From the human T2T-CHM13v2.0 reference genome, Homo sapiens: a stretch of 64,000 nucleotides of DNA. Positions 14,267-35,619 of this stretch are shown here, in pieces (position 1 is the first letter of the stretch; each line of letters opens with the position of its first letter). The notes beneath the pieces are model-generated. The model saw nothing but the letters and a program-made list of their open reading frames with translations, did no database searches and was not told where the DNA came from. A program made the translations under genes and the position numbers. The stretch lies in NCBI RefSeq assembly GCF_009914755.1, contig NC_060942.1; one strand, 5' to 3'.

Positions 14267-14570
14267 GGCCAGTGTGGTGACTCAAGCCTATAACCCCAGC
14301 ACTTTGGGAGGCTGAGGCCGGAGGATCATTTGAGCCTGGGAGTTTGCGTTAGCCTGCCCCACATAGCAAGACCTTGTCTCTGCAAAAAAACCCCTAACAT
14401 TTAAAAATAGCAGGGTGTGGCGGTGCACACCTGTAGTCTCGGCTACTGGAGAGGCTGAAGCGAGAGGATCACTTGAGCTCAGGAGTTCGAGGCTGCAGTG
14501 AGCTATGATTGCACCACTGCATTCCAGCCTGGGTGACAGAGCAAGACCCTCTCTCTTAAAAAAATAAAGG
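14267..14570 (+). mobile_element. Alu (AluJ-like)
   Basis: Sense dimer. Confidence 0.88.
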
Positions 14571-17054
14571 AAAAATGTACACTTAGCAGGGAAGTTGATT
14601 TAACCTAGTGAGAGCCTTAAGAGGTTTTGACTAGGACTCAAAAGAGTTTGGTTCTGACTCTACCAACCAGCTATGTGACCTTGAGGAAGTCACACTGTTT
14701 CCTCTTTACCAAAACGAGGGGACTGGACAAGACGGCCTGTGGTATTCTCAGAATCTTACGAAATGGAATAATATATACATAGATGGGTTTCCGTCAGTGT
14801 GGCCCTAAAGACAGGCCTCTCTGATCCTGTCTCTCTCTTCCAAGGCTCCTTCTTCACCCAGTAGGCTTCATTCTCTTTTCTGAGTCCTACCTCTGTGTCT
14901 TCACATGCGACAGCCACTATTACCCTGGCACTTTCCTTGTGTGTGTGTCACAGCCCTAGCGAGTTTCCTGCGGGGAAGGGCATTCCCAGCGCGGAGTGAC
15001 TCCTTAGCCTGGCTCCTGGCCTGTCCTCAGCAAACCGCGGGTAGGGTGTGCCCCTGGTGGCCAGCCGAGGAACAGCAGTCGCCCCTGGAGGTCGGGAACT
15101 GCATCCACTTGAGCGGTCCCAAGCCACGGGTCAGAGAGGATTCGATGGTGGTGTTCTTTGCAGAAATGTTTCCCTTTCTGAGACAAACTAAAACTTTGTC
15201 TATCCTTTCGTCCTGTTATTTCTTTCCTATCAAGTGTGTAAGAATGTACATTTGACAGTGCATTCTAAAAGAGGTGAGAGTTAAAATGTTTCAAAATAAA
15301 GAGACAGTGACTTTGTTGTTTGAAAAATCAGTGCTTATATCTAAATTTGAGCAGACTTGCTGCTGTAACTCTTCAGACAAGTTGGCGTTGACGCTTGAGC
15401 CCTTTGTAGAGGATGATGAGTAAAGCTGAACATTGAGCATTGTCAAGTGACTTCTTCCCTTTTCCGCCTTCAAGGGCGTTTTGGGGCTGGCCTTGCAGGA
15501 TTGATTTGTTGGCTGCTTTGAGACTTGTGTCCATTGTTTTGAGCACATCCCTTGGGAGAGTAAATGATAGATTCCAAAGGGGTGCTTTTCAGACCAGCGC
15601 CCCCACCGAGAAGATGCACCCTCAGCCCTGTGCCCCAGGGGCACGTGAGGGAACTGAGCAAGCACCTGCAGCCTAAGGAGGAAGGCCCCGGGGCACACAG
15701 AAACCAGGCGAGGTTTGTCACTGGGTGATAGGGTAAGCCTGGGTATCAAGGAATGAAAAAAAGGAGCAAATCGAGGAGTTGTCTCCTGAGCTCAGAGGGG
15801 CCACAGGTGGGGCAGCCCCATCACCACTGTGTGCTGGTCCTCCTGCCGTGTGCCTGGCCCTGCTTAAGAACTCCTGGAGGCCAGGGAGGGTGGAATGGTA
15901 TCTCCCCGCCAATGGGGTCTAGCCTGCTGTTGGCATGGGAAAGGGAGGGTTTGGGGAATGCCTGTTGGGCGAGTGAAGAATGAGTGAATGAACGATTGAA
16001 TGGAATAGCCCTGAGAAGGAGAATTCCTAAACTGTGATGGAGAAAGGTAGAAATGAGCGTGGTCGGTGTTGGGGAGAGGTCCCCACCCTGCCTCCTTGGC
16101 AGTTTGTAGGAATCAGCTGGCCTCATGAAAGTGTGCTGCCTGCTGTAAGGGGCATTTTCCTAATCTTCAAGGGCAGGGCAGGGCAGGCTGTCACAGTTCC
16201 TCAGTGTCCAGTTTCTTGGGGGCTACGTGGGCTACAGTCTGGCAAGGATTTGCTCCTCCACAGGGGGTCTTAAGAACAACTGAGATGAAAAGAGTTGTGG
16301 TTTGGGGGACTGCGAGGGAACATGAGCCAGAATCCATACTTGAGGTGCAGCTCAGAAATAGCAGCGGCATCAATTGGCATCTCAGGAGCTGATGTTTTGA
16401 TTCTGCCGTCACCTCTTTGAACTCTGTGCATCGATTTGCACGATGCAGATAAACAGCAGCTTTGGTGCTGTGTTTGTTAGGGCTCAGGGTCAGTGCAGGC
16501 TGCTCTCCTTGGGAGGCGAGACCTTCTGGAGAGGGGTTTTCTGATGAGTATTAAAAGCCAAGTCCCCTGTTGCCCCAGGTTTGCTGGAATTGTCCCCCAA
16601 ACACAGGGCTGAGAAGGAGTAAAAATAATTCAGATTGCCAACTGGTATTTCAAATCCCACTTCATATTTCAGTGTCTGAAGAAAACCACATTTCTCTGAA
16701 TTTCAACATTTCATCCTTGATCTTTTGGCTTTCAAATTTATACCTTTAATGTAAGAGAACTGAATCAGCTATTTTTTCATTCTCTCGATAAATCACTTGT
16801 TCCCGTTTTGTGTATAGTTTTCAGAACGCCTCCACGATCCTTCCAGTAGGAACATGTTGGCAACGGCGATCGGTGTTGATAAAGCCTTGGGTCCTGTGTC
16901 CTCTGCCCTTCCTGCCTGTCTCAGAACAGCAGCCATTAACAATTGAGGGCAGATGCTTTTTTCTACTTTCTTCTACTTTTGGGGCAACTTCCTGACTTTA
17001 TTTTCTAACTCCTCCATGAAATTTTAATTTCTGCCATCATATTTTTAATATATA

Positions 17055-17346
17055 TATTTTTTGAGACAGAATCTCACTCTGTCACCCAGGCTGAGTGCAG
17101 TGGCACAATCATAGCTCACTGCACCCTTGAATTCCCGGGCTCAAGCCATCTTCCTGCCTCAGCCTCCCAAGTAGCTGGGACTACAGGCCCATGTCGCCAC
17201 ACCCGGCTAATTTTTACATTTTTTTGTAGAGTCAGGGGTCTTGCTATGTTGCCCAGGCTGGCCTTGAACTCCTGGCCTCAAGTGTTCATCCTGCTTTGGC
17301 CTCCCAAAGTGCTAGGATTACTGGTGTGAGCCACTACACCTAGCCA
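17055..17346 (-). mobile_element. Alu (AluJ-like)
   Basis: Antisense dimer. Confidence 0.88.
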
Positions 17347-18662
17347 TATTTTAAATTTCTAAGAGGTTGGTTGTATTCTCAACGATCTTTTAAAATAACA
17401 TCCTGCTGTTTTGTGTGTGTGTGTGTGTGGAGGGGAGCATATAAATGTCAGGTATTTCTTAGTGAGTGATTATATTGAAAAAGTTAAAAATGTAAGTTGA
17501 AAGCTCTGTTTGTATTGGGGCTTGTCAACTGCTGCACACATGGCCTTTGGTTAGGGGATCCCAAATATCGGGAACTCTAGAGCTTTTTTTCTCCTACCTA
17601 AAGGGGAGCCTTCACTGCTTCTGTGTGGGCTTATCCAGCTTAGGGTGAACAGCACCTGGCCCCTCCCTTACCTGTGCCTGATGTCCCCAAGCCCAGCTCC
17701 GTCCGATGCAGGCTTCCTGGAGAGTAAAGCTCTGACCCTGGTTATGTGGCCTGGGGCTCCAAGGGTATGTTGTTGTGTGGCCTTTCAACTGATCTGTTTT
17801 CAGCCCTCCATTGCTTGATGTTTCCTGAGGTTCTGCGGCATGAATTGACTTGCTTCTTTATTGGCTTCTCTCCCTGCCAGCAGTTTGGTTTCAGCTTCTT
17901 CATTCTCAGGGACCGCTTGTCCTCCTGGATTTTGTTGATATCACTTGTCTGGTGTTGTCTCTTCTCCTATCTCTTTGACTTTGTGAATTTGTGTCTTTTA
18001 TTTCTTAAACCACTTTACAAGGGCTTTGGAAGGGAGTGGATATAAATGCGTGCATTGAATTTCCAGTGTGTAATTGGACCCTCGTCATAATCAGCTTTAA
18101 AGAATTATTTAAGAGAGAAAGAACTGAGACAAGACCATTATATAATTAAGCAAAATTTGGAAGTTATTACCCAACCATCAGATTCTACAGAGAAAATGCT
18201 AGAAACATAGAAATTAGAATTAATAGGTCTTAAAGGGTGATGCCTAGAGAAACAGATTACGTGTCTTTTGAATGCAAGGTTTTGAACAGAATGAATTCTG
18301 TTTCTGCCCAAACAATGTGGTATGTTCACGTACTTCTTCTCTAGAGCCCTCCCAAGATTTCAGAATTTCTGAAAATACATCCATAGTGAACATGTTCATT
18401 TTTGGTTAAATATTGTATACATGTCAGACATGTTTCTGAAACTGATTTTTACCATACTTCTTTTCTTTCTGTGAAAGCAATACAATTTTATTATAGAAAA
18501 TATTGGTGAGAAATAGAAGAAAATATCCCCCCACTCCCTCTCCCAGTCTCATCAACCAGAAATAGCCAGTCGTGTCCTCTGGTAATCTGTGAGGTCAGTT
18601 AACCTCACAACCTGTGAGTTGCCGCCCTTCATCTTCACGGTTGTATCCTCATTCTTTCCTAG

Positions 18663-18742
18663 GACACTGGGGTTGGGAAATCAAGCATCGTGTGTCGATT
18701 TGTCCAGGATCACTTTGACCACAACATCAGCCCTACTATTGG
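18663..18742 (+). CDS. RAB31: RAB31 coding exon 2 (80 nt; DTGVGKSSIVCRFVQDHFDHNISPTI-G; P-loop and switch I)
   Basis: Acceptor tcattctttcctag and donor GG|gtaagt. Translation gives the G1 motif (G)DTGVGKS and the effector PTIG, matching my recollection of RAB31. Confidence 0.97.
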
Positions 18743-19174
18743 GTAAGTTCCTGTATGTCATTCTCCTTCGCGTTGCTTCCTTTCACGGCATCAGAATGAC
18801 CACTCTGTCTGTGCCTGAGCCTTCAGGCAGGGCCACAGTTTTCATCCCAGCCAGTGAGAATCAATCCCAGCTGTAGACCGACAGAAATTCAGGGACTTCT
18901 GAGTATGTGTCCAGGCTTACTGTCCCTGTCGGTCATTTTTTTTTTCCTAGTCAGCCTTCCTCATGCTACCTCCTAAGGTCATTTCCTTGATCTCTGAGAG
19001 CATTATTCTGCAAATCTTGGCGTTATTTCCAGTTGGAAGACGATATGCAGAGCAAACCCCTGATAGTTCTGCTTTAAGTTGCCTGCTAATAAACCCTGAA
19101 AATGCCATCCACCCGTACCTCAGCACTGTCTGCAAAGTCTGTGGAGCAGATTGACTTTCCTTTTCTGGAATTAT

Positions 19175-19474
19175 CTTTTTTTTTACTTCTTGAGACTGAG
19201 TGTTGCTCTGTCACGTTGCCCAGGCTGGAGTGCAGTGGGGTGATCTTGGCTCACTGCAACCTCCACCTCCAGGGTGGATTCTCCTGCCTCAGCCTCCTGA
19301 GTAGCTGGGATTACAGGTGCGCACCACCATGCCTGGCTATTTTTTTGTATTTTTAGTAGAGATGGGGTTTCACCATGTTGGTCAGGCTGGTCTTGAACTT
19401 CTGACTGAAAGCAGTCCACCTGCCTCAGCTTCCCAAAGTGTTGAGATTACAGGCATGGGTCACTGCGCCCAGCC
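19175..19474 (-). mobile_element. Alu (AluS-like)
   Basis: Antisense dimer; TSD ttttctggaattatct. Confidence 0.9.
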
Positions 19475-19920
19475 CCTTTTCTGGAATTATCTAATGCCAG
19501 CATTTCCACTGTCATGTGTGGGGAGGGGTGGAAGTGCATTGTTAAATTCTCCTGAGCTTGGGATGCAAAATTGTTTTCCTGTTCATCTCCCCTTTCCAGT
19601 GGGCTCCTTGGCCGCGTGTGCTTTGGCTCTGCTGTTCGGGAAGTGCCTGCTTTTTCATTCTTAGAACGTGGCCTCTGCTTATTTTTCACCCTGAAGATAT
19701 CAAGTCTTTGTAGGCAATGTATGTCTTTGTCTGTATGTTTTGGGAAACCTGTAGGATTGTTGAGAATGGGAGAGTGTATCAGAAGTGGAGAAAAATCATG
19801 GCAGGGAATAAATAGATGCTCAAGAGTACTTGGCTGATAGGCCAGTAGTTGGAACTGTGTAGCTGAGAAAACCCACATTTTGTAGATTAAAAATGACTTA
19901 AAGAAACATACTCATGAAAA

Positions 19921-20884
19921 TATCAAGAATTAGGAAAGGTCTGAGATTTTACCCTAATTGCAGCCTGCAACTTGTTAACAAGTTAGCAGTTGTGACTTGT
20001 TAGCCTGACTCAGTTTCAGGGATGCTGGCAGAAGACAGAAGACCCCCGAGTCACAGACAGAGGCAATAGCAATAGCCAGAGTATTCACAAAATAGGGTGA
20101 CATTAGAGTCAGACACCTCACATGCAGGGGGCTGTGTTACGGGAGCGGAACCCCAAGCTGAGGGAACGCAAGTCTTCTACATGGGGCAGTGAGCACATCT
20201 GTCCTCAGCTACAGAGAGAGACTCTCCCCTCCAAGGATGCTTGCTGTGCAGGTTGAGCATCCCTAATCCAAAAACCTGAAATCCAGAATGCTCCCAAATC
20301 TGAAACTTTTGAGTGCCAACATGACGCTCAAAGGTAATACTCAAAATGCTCATTGGGATATTTCAGATTTTGGAATTTCAGCTTTGGGATGCTCAACTGG
20401 GTAAGTATAATGCAATTATTGCAAAATTTAAAAAAATATATATCCACCGGAAGCGGTGGTTCACGCCTGTAATTCTAGCTCTTTGGGAGGCCTAGGTGGG
20501 CAGATCACATGAGGTCAGGAGTTCAAGACCAGCCTGGCCAACACGGTGAAACCCCTCTCTACTAAAAATACAAAAATTAACCAGATGTGGTGGCACGCGC
20601 CTATAGTCCCAGCTACTCGGAAGGCTGAGGCAAGAGAAGGTGGTGGTTGCAGTGAGCTGAGATTGTATCACTGCACTCCAGCCTGGGCAACAGAGCGAGA
20701 CTTCATCTCAAATAAGTAAATAGATAAATAAATAAATCCAAAATTCAAAATAATTCTGGTACCAAACATTTTGGATAAGGGATACTCAACATGTACAAGC
20801 ATCCTTGAAAACACAATCCGGAAAAAAGTGTTTACTTGCAAGATGTGCACGTTGTGAGAGACCATAAAGAATTGTCTCCCAACA
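19921..20884 (-). mobile_element. LTR40-family solo LTR interrupted by a Tigger4 element and an Alu
   Basis: Termini ...ggtctgagattttacccta... and ...gaattgtctcccaaca match the recalled LTR40 consensus in reverse. Confidence 0.7.
20249..20793. mobile_element. Tigger4/MER46-type non-autonomous DNA transposon with an internal Alu (20446-20736)
   Basis: TIRs caggttgagcatccct and agggatactcaacatg. Confidence 0.8.
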
Positions 20885-21121
20885 TAGGCGCGCTTGTATG
20901 ATAGGTATACTTTTTATGGAAGAAATTGGTTTCACTCTGCTCTGAATGTACTTTTTTCTCTCTCTCTCTTATTTTTCACTTTGTGTGTGTGTGTATGTGT
21001 TTTAATAATAAAAAGCAGAACTGATAAGAGTGATTAACTGTGAAGTATGGTTCCAGAAGATGGAGGAGAGATTTGTGCCTTCTACTTTCTAAACTTTTGT
21101 TTAAAAATTTTTTTAAAATAA

Positions 21122-21437
<316 letters not shown>

Positions 21438-21778
21438 TGTAATGACCTTTTTTAAAGTAAAAAGACAGTGCATACTCATACCACAAATTATGGGCAGTAC
21501 ATAAAAATGACAAGCGTAAGTGTTAAGCATAGGTATAGGCATCGTAAATAGGGTAGTTACGTAATTTTGGTCACAATCTCTTGGTCAAAGAAAGTTGCTG
21601 TGCCAGCCCAGATTAAAGGGGGAGACACAGGCTGCCTTGTGGTGGCAGGAGCCGTGTGTGCATGGAGGGAGGGTCGGGGATGGATTGCTGCTACCATTTT
21701 GGAAACAAACACAGTTGACAGTGTTTTGTCTAGTAAATGCATTTCGGTGGTTTGGAGTTTTAAAAAACTTATGTATTA

Positions 21779-22532
<754 letters not shown>

Positions 22533-22974
22533 TCTATGGAAACTCTCTGCACTTTCTTCTCAGTTTTTCCTGTAAACTAAAAGTGCTCTAAAAAACTGTT
22601 ATTAGTTTAAAAATTATGTCTTAGTTTTTAAAATTATGAAAAAATTTATACTATGTAGAAATATATAAAATAAAAAGTGAAGTCAGAGGATTTTGCTAGC
22701 TCTTCAATCCCGTATTCTTCAATTTACATAACCAATATTTAGAGTCCAAAGTGCATGTTAAACATATTTCTTATAAGTACTTTCTGTGGACATGCAGGTA
22801 TACAAGCTAAAAATGAAAACGTATCACACTTTACCTAACAAGCCACAACATACATTCCCAGTCCACTTAGGTCCTCCTTATTCTTTTTCACTGCTGGTTG
22901 CCAGCCTCTGGGAAACTGAGTCAGGCTGCCAAGTGATGACTGTTAACTTGTTATTAAGTTGCAGGCTGCAATTA

Positions 22975-23101
22975 GGGTATAATACAAGTATGCCCCGTGC
23001 AATATTTGGGACATGTGTATACTAAAAATTTATTAGTTCTTTATCTGAAATTCAAATTGAACTGGCATCCTGTATTTGTGTTTGCTGAAGGTCACAACCC
23101 T
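22975..23101. mobile_element. MER53 (hAT MITE) partial copy
   Basis: tgcaatatttgggacat...ttatctgaaattcaaatt...catcctgtattt...caaccct matches the right half of recalled MER53. Confidence 0.65.
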
Positions 23102-23276
23102 TACCTCACCCCTCCTTTGGGCTTAAGCCAAGCTGGTTGGGTTTCCGAGTCTTGCAACCAAAGGGACCTCAATAGAAGCAGGCAGTTGTGCAATAGGGCT
23201 TACACAGGTGACTCAACTTTAATTGTGACACAGACAAGATTAAAGTCTAATTGTTTTGATTATAAAAGTTCATGTT

Positions 23277-23576
23277 CGACTGGGCGTGGTGGCTCCTGCC
23301 TATAATCCCAGCACTGTGGGAGGCTGAGGCAGGTGGAACATTTGAGCCCAGGAGTTTGAGACTAGCCTGGGCAACAGGGCGAAACTTGGTCTCTACAAAA
23401 AAATACAAAAATTAACTGGGTGTAGTGGCATGTGCCTGGAGTCCTAGCTACTTGGGAGGCTGAGGTAGGAGGATCACCTGAGACCTGGAGGTTGAGGCTG
23501 CAGTGAGCCATGATTGTGCCACTCTACTCCAGCCAGGGCAACAGAGTGAAATACTGTTCCAAAAAAAAAAAAAAAA
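23277..23576 (+). mobile_element. Alu (AluJ-like)
   Basis: Sense dimer; TSD aaaagttcatgttc. Confidence 0.9.
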
Positions 23577-24032
23577 GTTCATGTTCACTCTAAAAAAAAC
23601 CCAAAGAACACAGAATTCATGAAACTAGGAATCTTAGTGTACATACAGTTTTTTTTTACTCTGTGTTTTCTACTTAATATATTTTGAACATTTTTTACAG
23701 TGTCACATAATCTTCAAAAACATGTTGAAAGTATTTTTTCTGATTATAAAAGTATTATATACTCATCATAAACAACTGAAAATGAAAAAAACATGAGGAA
23801 AAATATTTTAAAAACCCATAATCTACCTCTTAGAGGTAATTACTGTAAACATTTTGTTATTTTCTTCCAGCCCTTTTCTTGTATAAGTGTGTGTATGCGT
23901 TATTTATTCAACATCATTTTGTGAATTTCATGCCATTAAATAGTCTTTAAAAACAATTTTTAATGGTTGTATTTTTCACTTCAGGCATTTAGGTTGTTTA
24001 AACACTTTTGTACTTTTATAAATAATGTTATG

Positions 24033-24419
<387 letters not shown>

Positions 24420-24645
24420 TTAGGTTAAACTCTTAGCAATGGAATAATTTAGTCCAAGAATAAAAATCTATTTAAGGCTCTCAATGGATATTACCAAATT
24501 GTTTTTCGGAAAGGTTATCTCTGTACCAGCTTTAGGTATTTTTTTTTGTACAATTTTTAACTTTATAAAATTGTAAAAGTTTGTATGATTTTGAATTCTA
24601 TTCTTTTCCTCTAACTTCAAATGTTCGCATTTTCTCGTAGCTTAA

Positions 24646-24993
<348 letters not shown>

Positions 24994-26076
24994 CTGTTCG
25001 CTTTCTACCTCGTCCCTTGCTTTTCCTCTGGAGTCAATGTTAGGCTCAGCCCCTCCACCCTTATGTATTGTCTTCTTGATATAATTTAACTTCTTGATTT
25101 AAAAATTGATGAAAATTTTCCCTCTGGAATTTTGAGAAAATGTTTTCAAACACCAGTTGCAGAAAAATAAAGCTAGTGGGAACACTTTCTAAGTGACACA
25201 TGCAGTTTTCCTGGAAGGTGGCATAAATGGAACACTTTTAAAACGTTTGAGTGCTTTCCCAAAAGCTGGTAGGTTCGGTGGGCTGAGGAACTGGCTTATA
25301 TTAATATATTTGTTTTGTTCAGCCTTCACAGTGCTGTAAAGACTTTAAGCCAATAGAGAATCAGGAGACTGGCACGTAATAAACTTGCATTCCTGGTTTC
25401 TCTTGAAAAATCAGTGGGTTTGGAGCCCTGGTGCCCATTCCCATGTGGTGGGAGCCAGCCGGTGCCACTCCGCATGGGTGGCCAGGCCTCCCGGCTTCAT
25501 GCCATTCCCGCTAGGTATTGTTACTATTATGTTCATCAGTATAAACGTTCACACCTAGCCTGCTTCACTCATTTATATGTCCTGCCTGGTCCCTAGACAT
25601 TTCAGTTCCTGGCCCTGGCACTGCCTTCTTGGCGGTAACCCTGCTGGCCACCCCCAGGCCCAGGGCGGTTAGGGGACTTGCCTAGGTGCACACAGCCCGT
25701 GAGCAGCCCACTCATGGCTCACACCAGTGAGTCCACTCTCAAAGCCCACCCTTGTTCTTCCCACTGGAATCACACGACCATTGGTACAATGCCATGGGCT
25801 GTAAAATGCCATTGCTTCAGCATTAAAAGAGTTAACTCTTATGGCCTCTCTGACTCACACTGAAAAACCTTGGCTCTGCTATTCAAGCAGATTGCATTAA
25901 CATCTTGAGTGTGTGTGTATGTGTGTGTCTCCCTTTTTATTTCAACTTTTGTAAGGAAATTGTGTAACTTCTCTGCCAGATTTTGGTTTCCACAGATAAT
26001 GAAGTCAGTTTATCAGGGCCAGTGCGCCTCCTCCACCAGTTTGGAGGGTAATCTACACAGAAGAAAAGATGCCTGA

Positions 26077-26325
<249 letters not shown>

Positions 26326-27384
26326 TGAGGTTCTTAAGATCAAAAGCTAGCAAAGACTTAAAAACCAACAACAAATCTCAGTCAACAAAAAAAAGCAATG
26401 ATTGTCGTGGTCCTCATTTCAAATACTGAGAGTCTTTCTCCTAGTGGCGAGAGATCAGGAACACAGAGGGATATGTGTGTGTGTGAGGTGTGCCTTCCTA
26501 CTATTACTAAAGTTGCTCCTCACAGCTCACTGTGAACCAAGGGGAATTTCGCAGGTATCCATTTCCCTATATGTCCCTACAAACACCTTCTATTCAATGC
26601 AGAGTAGGTATTGGCCCCATTTCACAGAACAGGAAACCAAAGGGCTTTACGGGCTGGTTCATTGAGTCTGGCAGTGAGGGCCTCTGCTTCCTCTTCCTGG
26701 TTAGGCCACTGCACTCTTCTTTCACCAGGAACCAGGCAGTCTTCTGGGATTTTGGTTCCCCCCCCTTACCTGCACTGTGGAGGGGTTGGACTGGATATTT
26801 TATATTTTTTCCAAGATTTTAAAGGCATGAACTTTGTTTTCTAACCCTGAGGAGAACTTTTTAAGGGTAGTAGGGTTGCTGTATTATTTATCGCAGCACC
26901 TAGAATATACTGAAGAATAAATGAAAATCTGACTAACATCAAAAGTGAAAACAAAAACAAAATTTTGATAGAGTTGTCTAATAAAATTTTTAAATGAGTT
27001 TATGGAAAAAATCTAGAACAAAGTTAAAGGGCAAATGTTAAACTGGAAAAATATTATTTAAAATGTACTACTACAAAAGTTTAGTGGAAAATAGTCAAAA
27101 AATGAATAAGAAAAGGATGAATACCACAGTTGAAAGGTGGGCCAAGGTCATGAACTTGAGAAAAATTCCTTTACAAAGAAAAATGCAAGCGAACAATAAA
27201 TGTTAAAATGATGTTTAAGCTTGTGATAAGCATAATGAATATAAGAATAAGATATTTTCTACCTAACACATTGAAAGAGATTTGAAAGATTAATAATGGT
27301 GAGGAAAAGGCCATCTCATACACCATTATGGACATGTAGGTTGGTACCAACTAAGTTTGGCACATGTAGCAAAAGTGGAGTGTA

Positions 27385-27809
<425 letters not shown>

Positions 27810-27940
27810 TAATAGTGAACAATAGATAACCAAAATGTCCATCGTTAGGGTATTGAATAATTCCATAACATGATGTATGATCTTCAGTCATTTTAGATGA
27901 TATTGATGTATATTCATAGAAATGGAAAGATTTTAGGTGA

Positions 27941-28237
27941 TTTTTTTTTTTTTTTGAGACAGAGTCTTGCTCTGTCACCCAGGCTGGAGTATAGTGGTGT
28001 GATCTCAGCTCACAGCAACCTCTGACTCCTAGGCTCAAGTGATTCTCCTGCCTCAGTCCCCGACGTAGCTGGGATTACAGGCACACACCACCACACCTGG
28101 CTAATTTTTGTATTTATAGTAGAGACGTGGTTTTGCCATGTTGGCCAGGCTGGTTTCGAACTCCTGACCTCAAGTGATCCGCCCCCATCAACCTCCCAAA
28201 GTGCTGGGATTACAGGTGTGAGCCACTGCGCCCAGCC
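27941..28237 (-). mobile_element. Alu (AluS-like)
   Basis: Antisense dimer with poly-T tail. Confidence 0.9.
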
Positions 28238-28322
28238 AATTTTAGATGATATTGATCTATATTCATAGAAAAGGAAAGATTTCCAGGATATATAAAGTTG
28301 AGGAAAAGCAAAATTTAGATAG

Positions 28323-32921
<4,599 letters not shown>

Positions 32922-33624
32922 AAACAAAGAACTGAATGAATAATCCCATTTTAAAAGTCATATAAAAATAATTGGGAAGGACATATACCAATTTATTAGC
33001 AGTGACTATGGCTGGGTGGTGAAATATGATTGGTTTTTATTTTCTTTCTGGTTTTTTGAATTTTTTTTATGAAATACATATGTTGCTTTTAAAATGGGAA
33101 AAGTAATAAAGACATTAACATTTTTGGAATATATTAGGTCTCCCCGGTAGTCTGGATATACATTTTAAACACTTTTAAAGAAATAAAGGAATAGATGTGG
33201 TTTTGATACTACTGGATTTGTCACTTAGAATACTTAGAATTTTCATTTATTGCAATTGTAGGTTGGTAATTAGAACTCTCTAACTATTATTAGCCTTTGG
33301 TTTTTGTGGGGATAGTGTGGGAATTGCAGTAGACTTTTCTACTTGGGACTTCGGTAGTTGGCCTCTTATTCTTAGAAGATTTAGAGGCTGAGGAAATATT
33401 ACTATGATGAATGCTAGTTGACCAGGCTGGACTATATGAAAGTAAGGTGAAGAACCCCTGACTCTTTACCCCGAAAACCCCAGGGTCCATCTCCTAATAA
33501 GAACATAATGAGGACACCATGATCATACCTACAAAATTAATTTGAATCAGTGATAATATCTTGCATATAGTGTGAATTTAAAATTTTAAAGTTGTTCTTA
33601 AAATATCTTTTTGTGGGGGTAGGG

Positions 33625-33923
33625 GGTACAGGGTCTCGCTCTGTCACCTAGACTGCAGTGCACTGGGGCAATCTTGGCGCTTCACTACCAGCCTCAGACT
33701 CCTGGGTTCAAGCTGTCCTTCTGCCTCAGTCTTCTGAGCTGCCAGAACTACAGGCTGTGCCATAATGCTCAGCTGATTTAAAAAAAAAAATTTTTTTTTT
33801 TGTAAAGAAGGAGTCTTGCTCTGTTGCCCAAGCTGGTCTCGAAACCCTGGCCTCAAGCCATCCTCCTGCTTCAGCTTCCCAAAGGGCTAGGATTACAGAA
33901 AAAAGAGCCACCACACCTGACCA
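33625..33923 (-). mobile_element. Diverged Alu (AluJ-like)
   Basis: Antisense dimer. Confidence 0.8.
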
Positions 33924-34743
33924 AATATATTTTAAAGCTGTTTTCCCCCTAATCTGGGATCCAGCCAAGGTTCATATATTGCATTTTGTTGTTTTATCTC
34001 TTTCCTCTCAATCTAGATTCTAGAATAATCTCCCTGTATTTTTCTGGTTTGCTTCTCATGACATTGACTTATTTGAAGCATTCAGGCCAGCTTGTCTTAC
34101 AGAATGTTTCACATTCTACATTTGCCTCATTGTTTTCTTACAATTAAATTCAGACTAAACATTTGTGGCCAGAATGCTATATAGGTGATGTATCTACTTC
34201 TTATTCCATCACTTCAGGAGGCTCTCATACCAGGTTGTCCCACTACTGGGGATGCTTGCTATTTTTTAATGAATAGAAAACTTTCTGTCATAAAAGTCAA
34301 GGCTATTGAACATTCCTGGTATTTTTATACTGTTCATGAGCACAAAGAAAATGCTTTTTAAAAGGAAATATGCAAAAAAGAAAATAGTAAGTGTTTAATG
34401 ATCTACTGAGGCTTTAAAATCCTTTCTTTTTGGACTTAGAAGGGAGGAAAAAAAATCCTTCCTTTTTTATAGAGAAAACATAAGTATGTGTTAAGCTGCC
34501 AATCTTCGTCCTTGCATTTATGCAAGCAGGTTGGGACTTAGATGTAGTATTCTATTAGTTGCTACTAGTGTTGGTTTCATATTAGCATAGTAAATATGTA
34601 AGACAACTTTTTCTTTATGCCATTGTAAGACCAAAAACATTACATGCCAACATACCAGCTGCTATTTTCACTCTTAATTATTGTAATAAGTTTTTAAAAT
34701 CCAAGGTTGTATTCTTTCCTGAGATCTGGGGGTATTTTAATAA

Positions 34744-35286
<543 letters not shown>

Positions 35287-35537
35287 AGAAACAGTCTTTT
35301 GAATGCCTCCTTTGTTTTGTTTTGTTTTGTTTCAAAACCCCCAGTTGAACTAACAGAAAATGAGAAATATTTTATTTTGGGTGTCATGAGTCTTCTAGCC
35401 CTTTTCTCGTCTTAGTGGTTCCCAAGGACCAGGGCTTTTTGGGGTCCTGCTGAGGTGTAGCATTTAACTTGTTTGATTTGTGAATCTTTGTGAAGAAACA
35501 ATGCAGTAATGTGGAGATGCTGACTCTCTTTTTTCAG

Positions 35538-35619
35538 GGCATCTTTTATGACCAAAACTGTGCCTTGTGGAAATGAACTTCACAAGTTCCTCATCTGGGA
35601 CACTGCTGGTCAGGAACGG
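35538..35619 (+). CDS. RAB31: RAB31 coding exon 3 (82 nt; ASFMTKTVPCGNELHKFLIWDTAGQER)
   Basis: Branch-point-like ctgac, acceptor tctcttttttcag, donor CGG|gtgagt. Phase matches exon 2. Contains the Rab G3 motif WDTAGQE. Confidence 0.97.

Noticed and set aside
16427-16447. Hairpin tgcatcg-atttgca-cgatgca
   Set aside because: A 7-bp stem is expected by chance in 64 kb; no ncRNA features.
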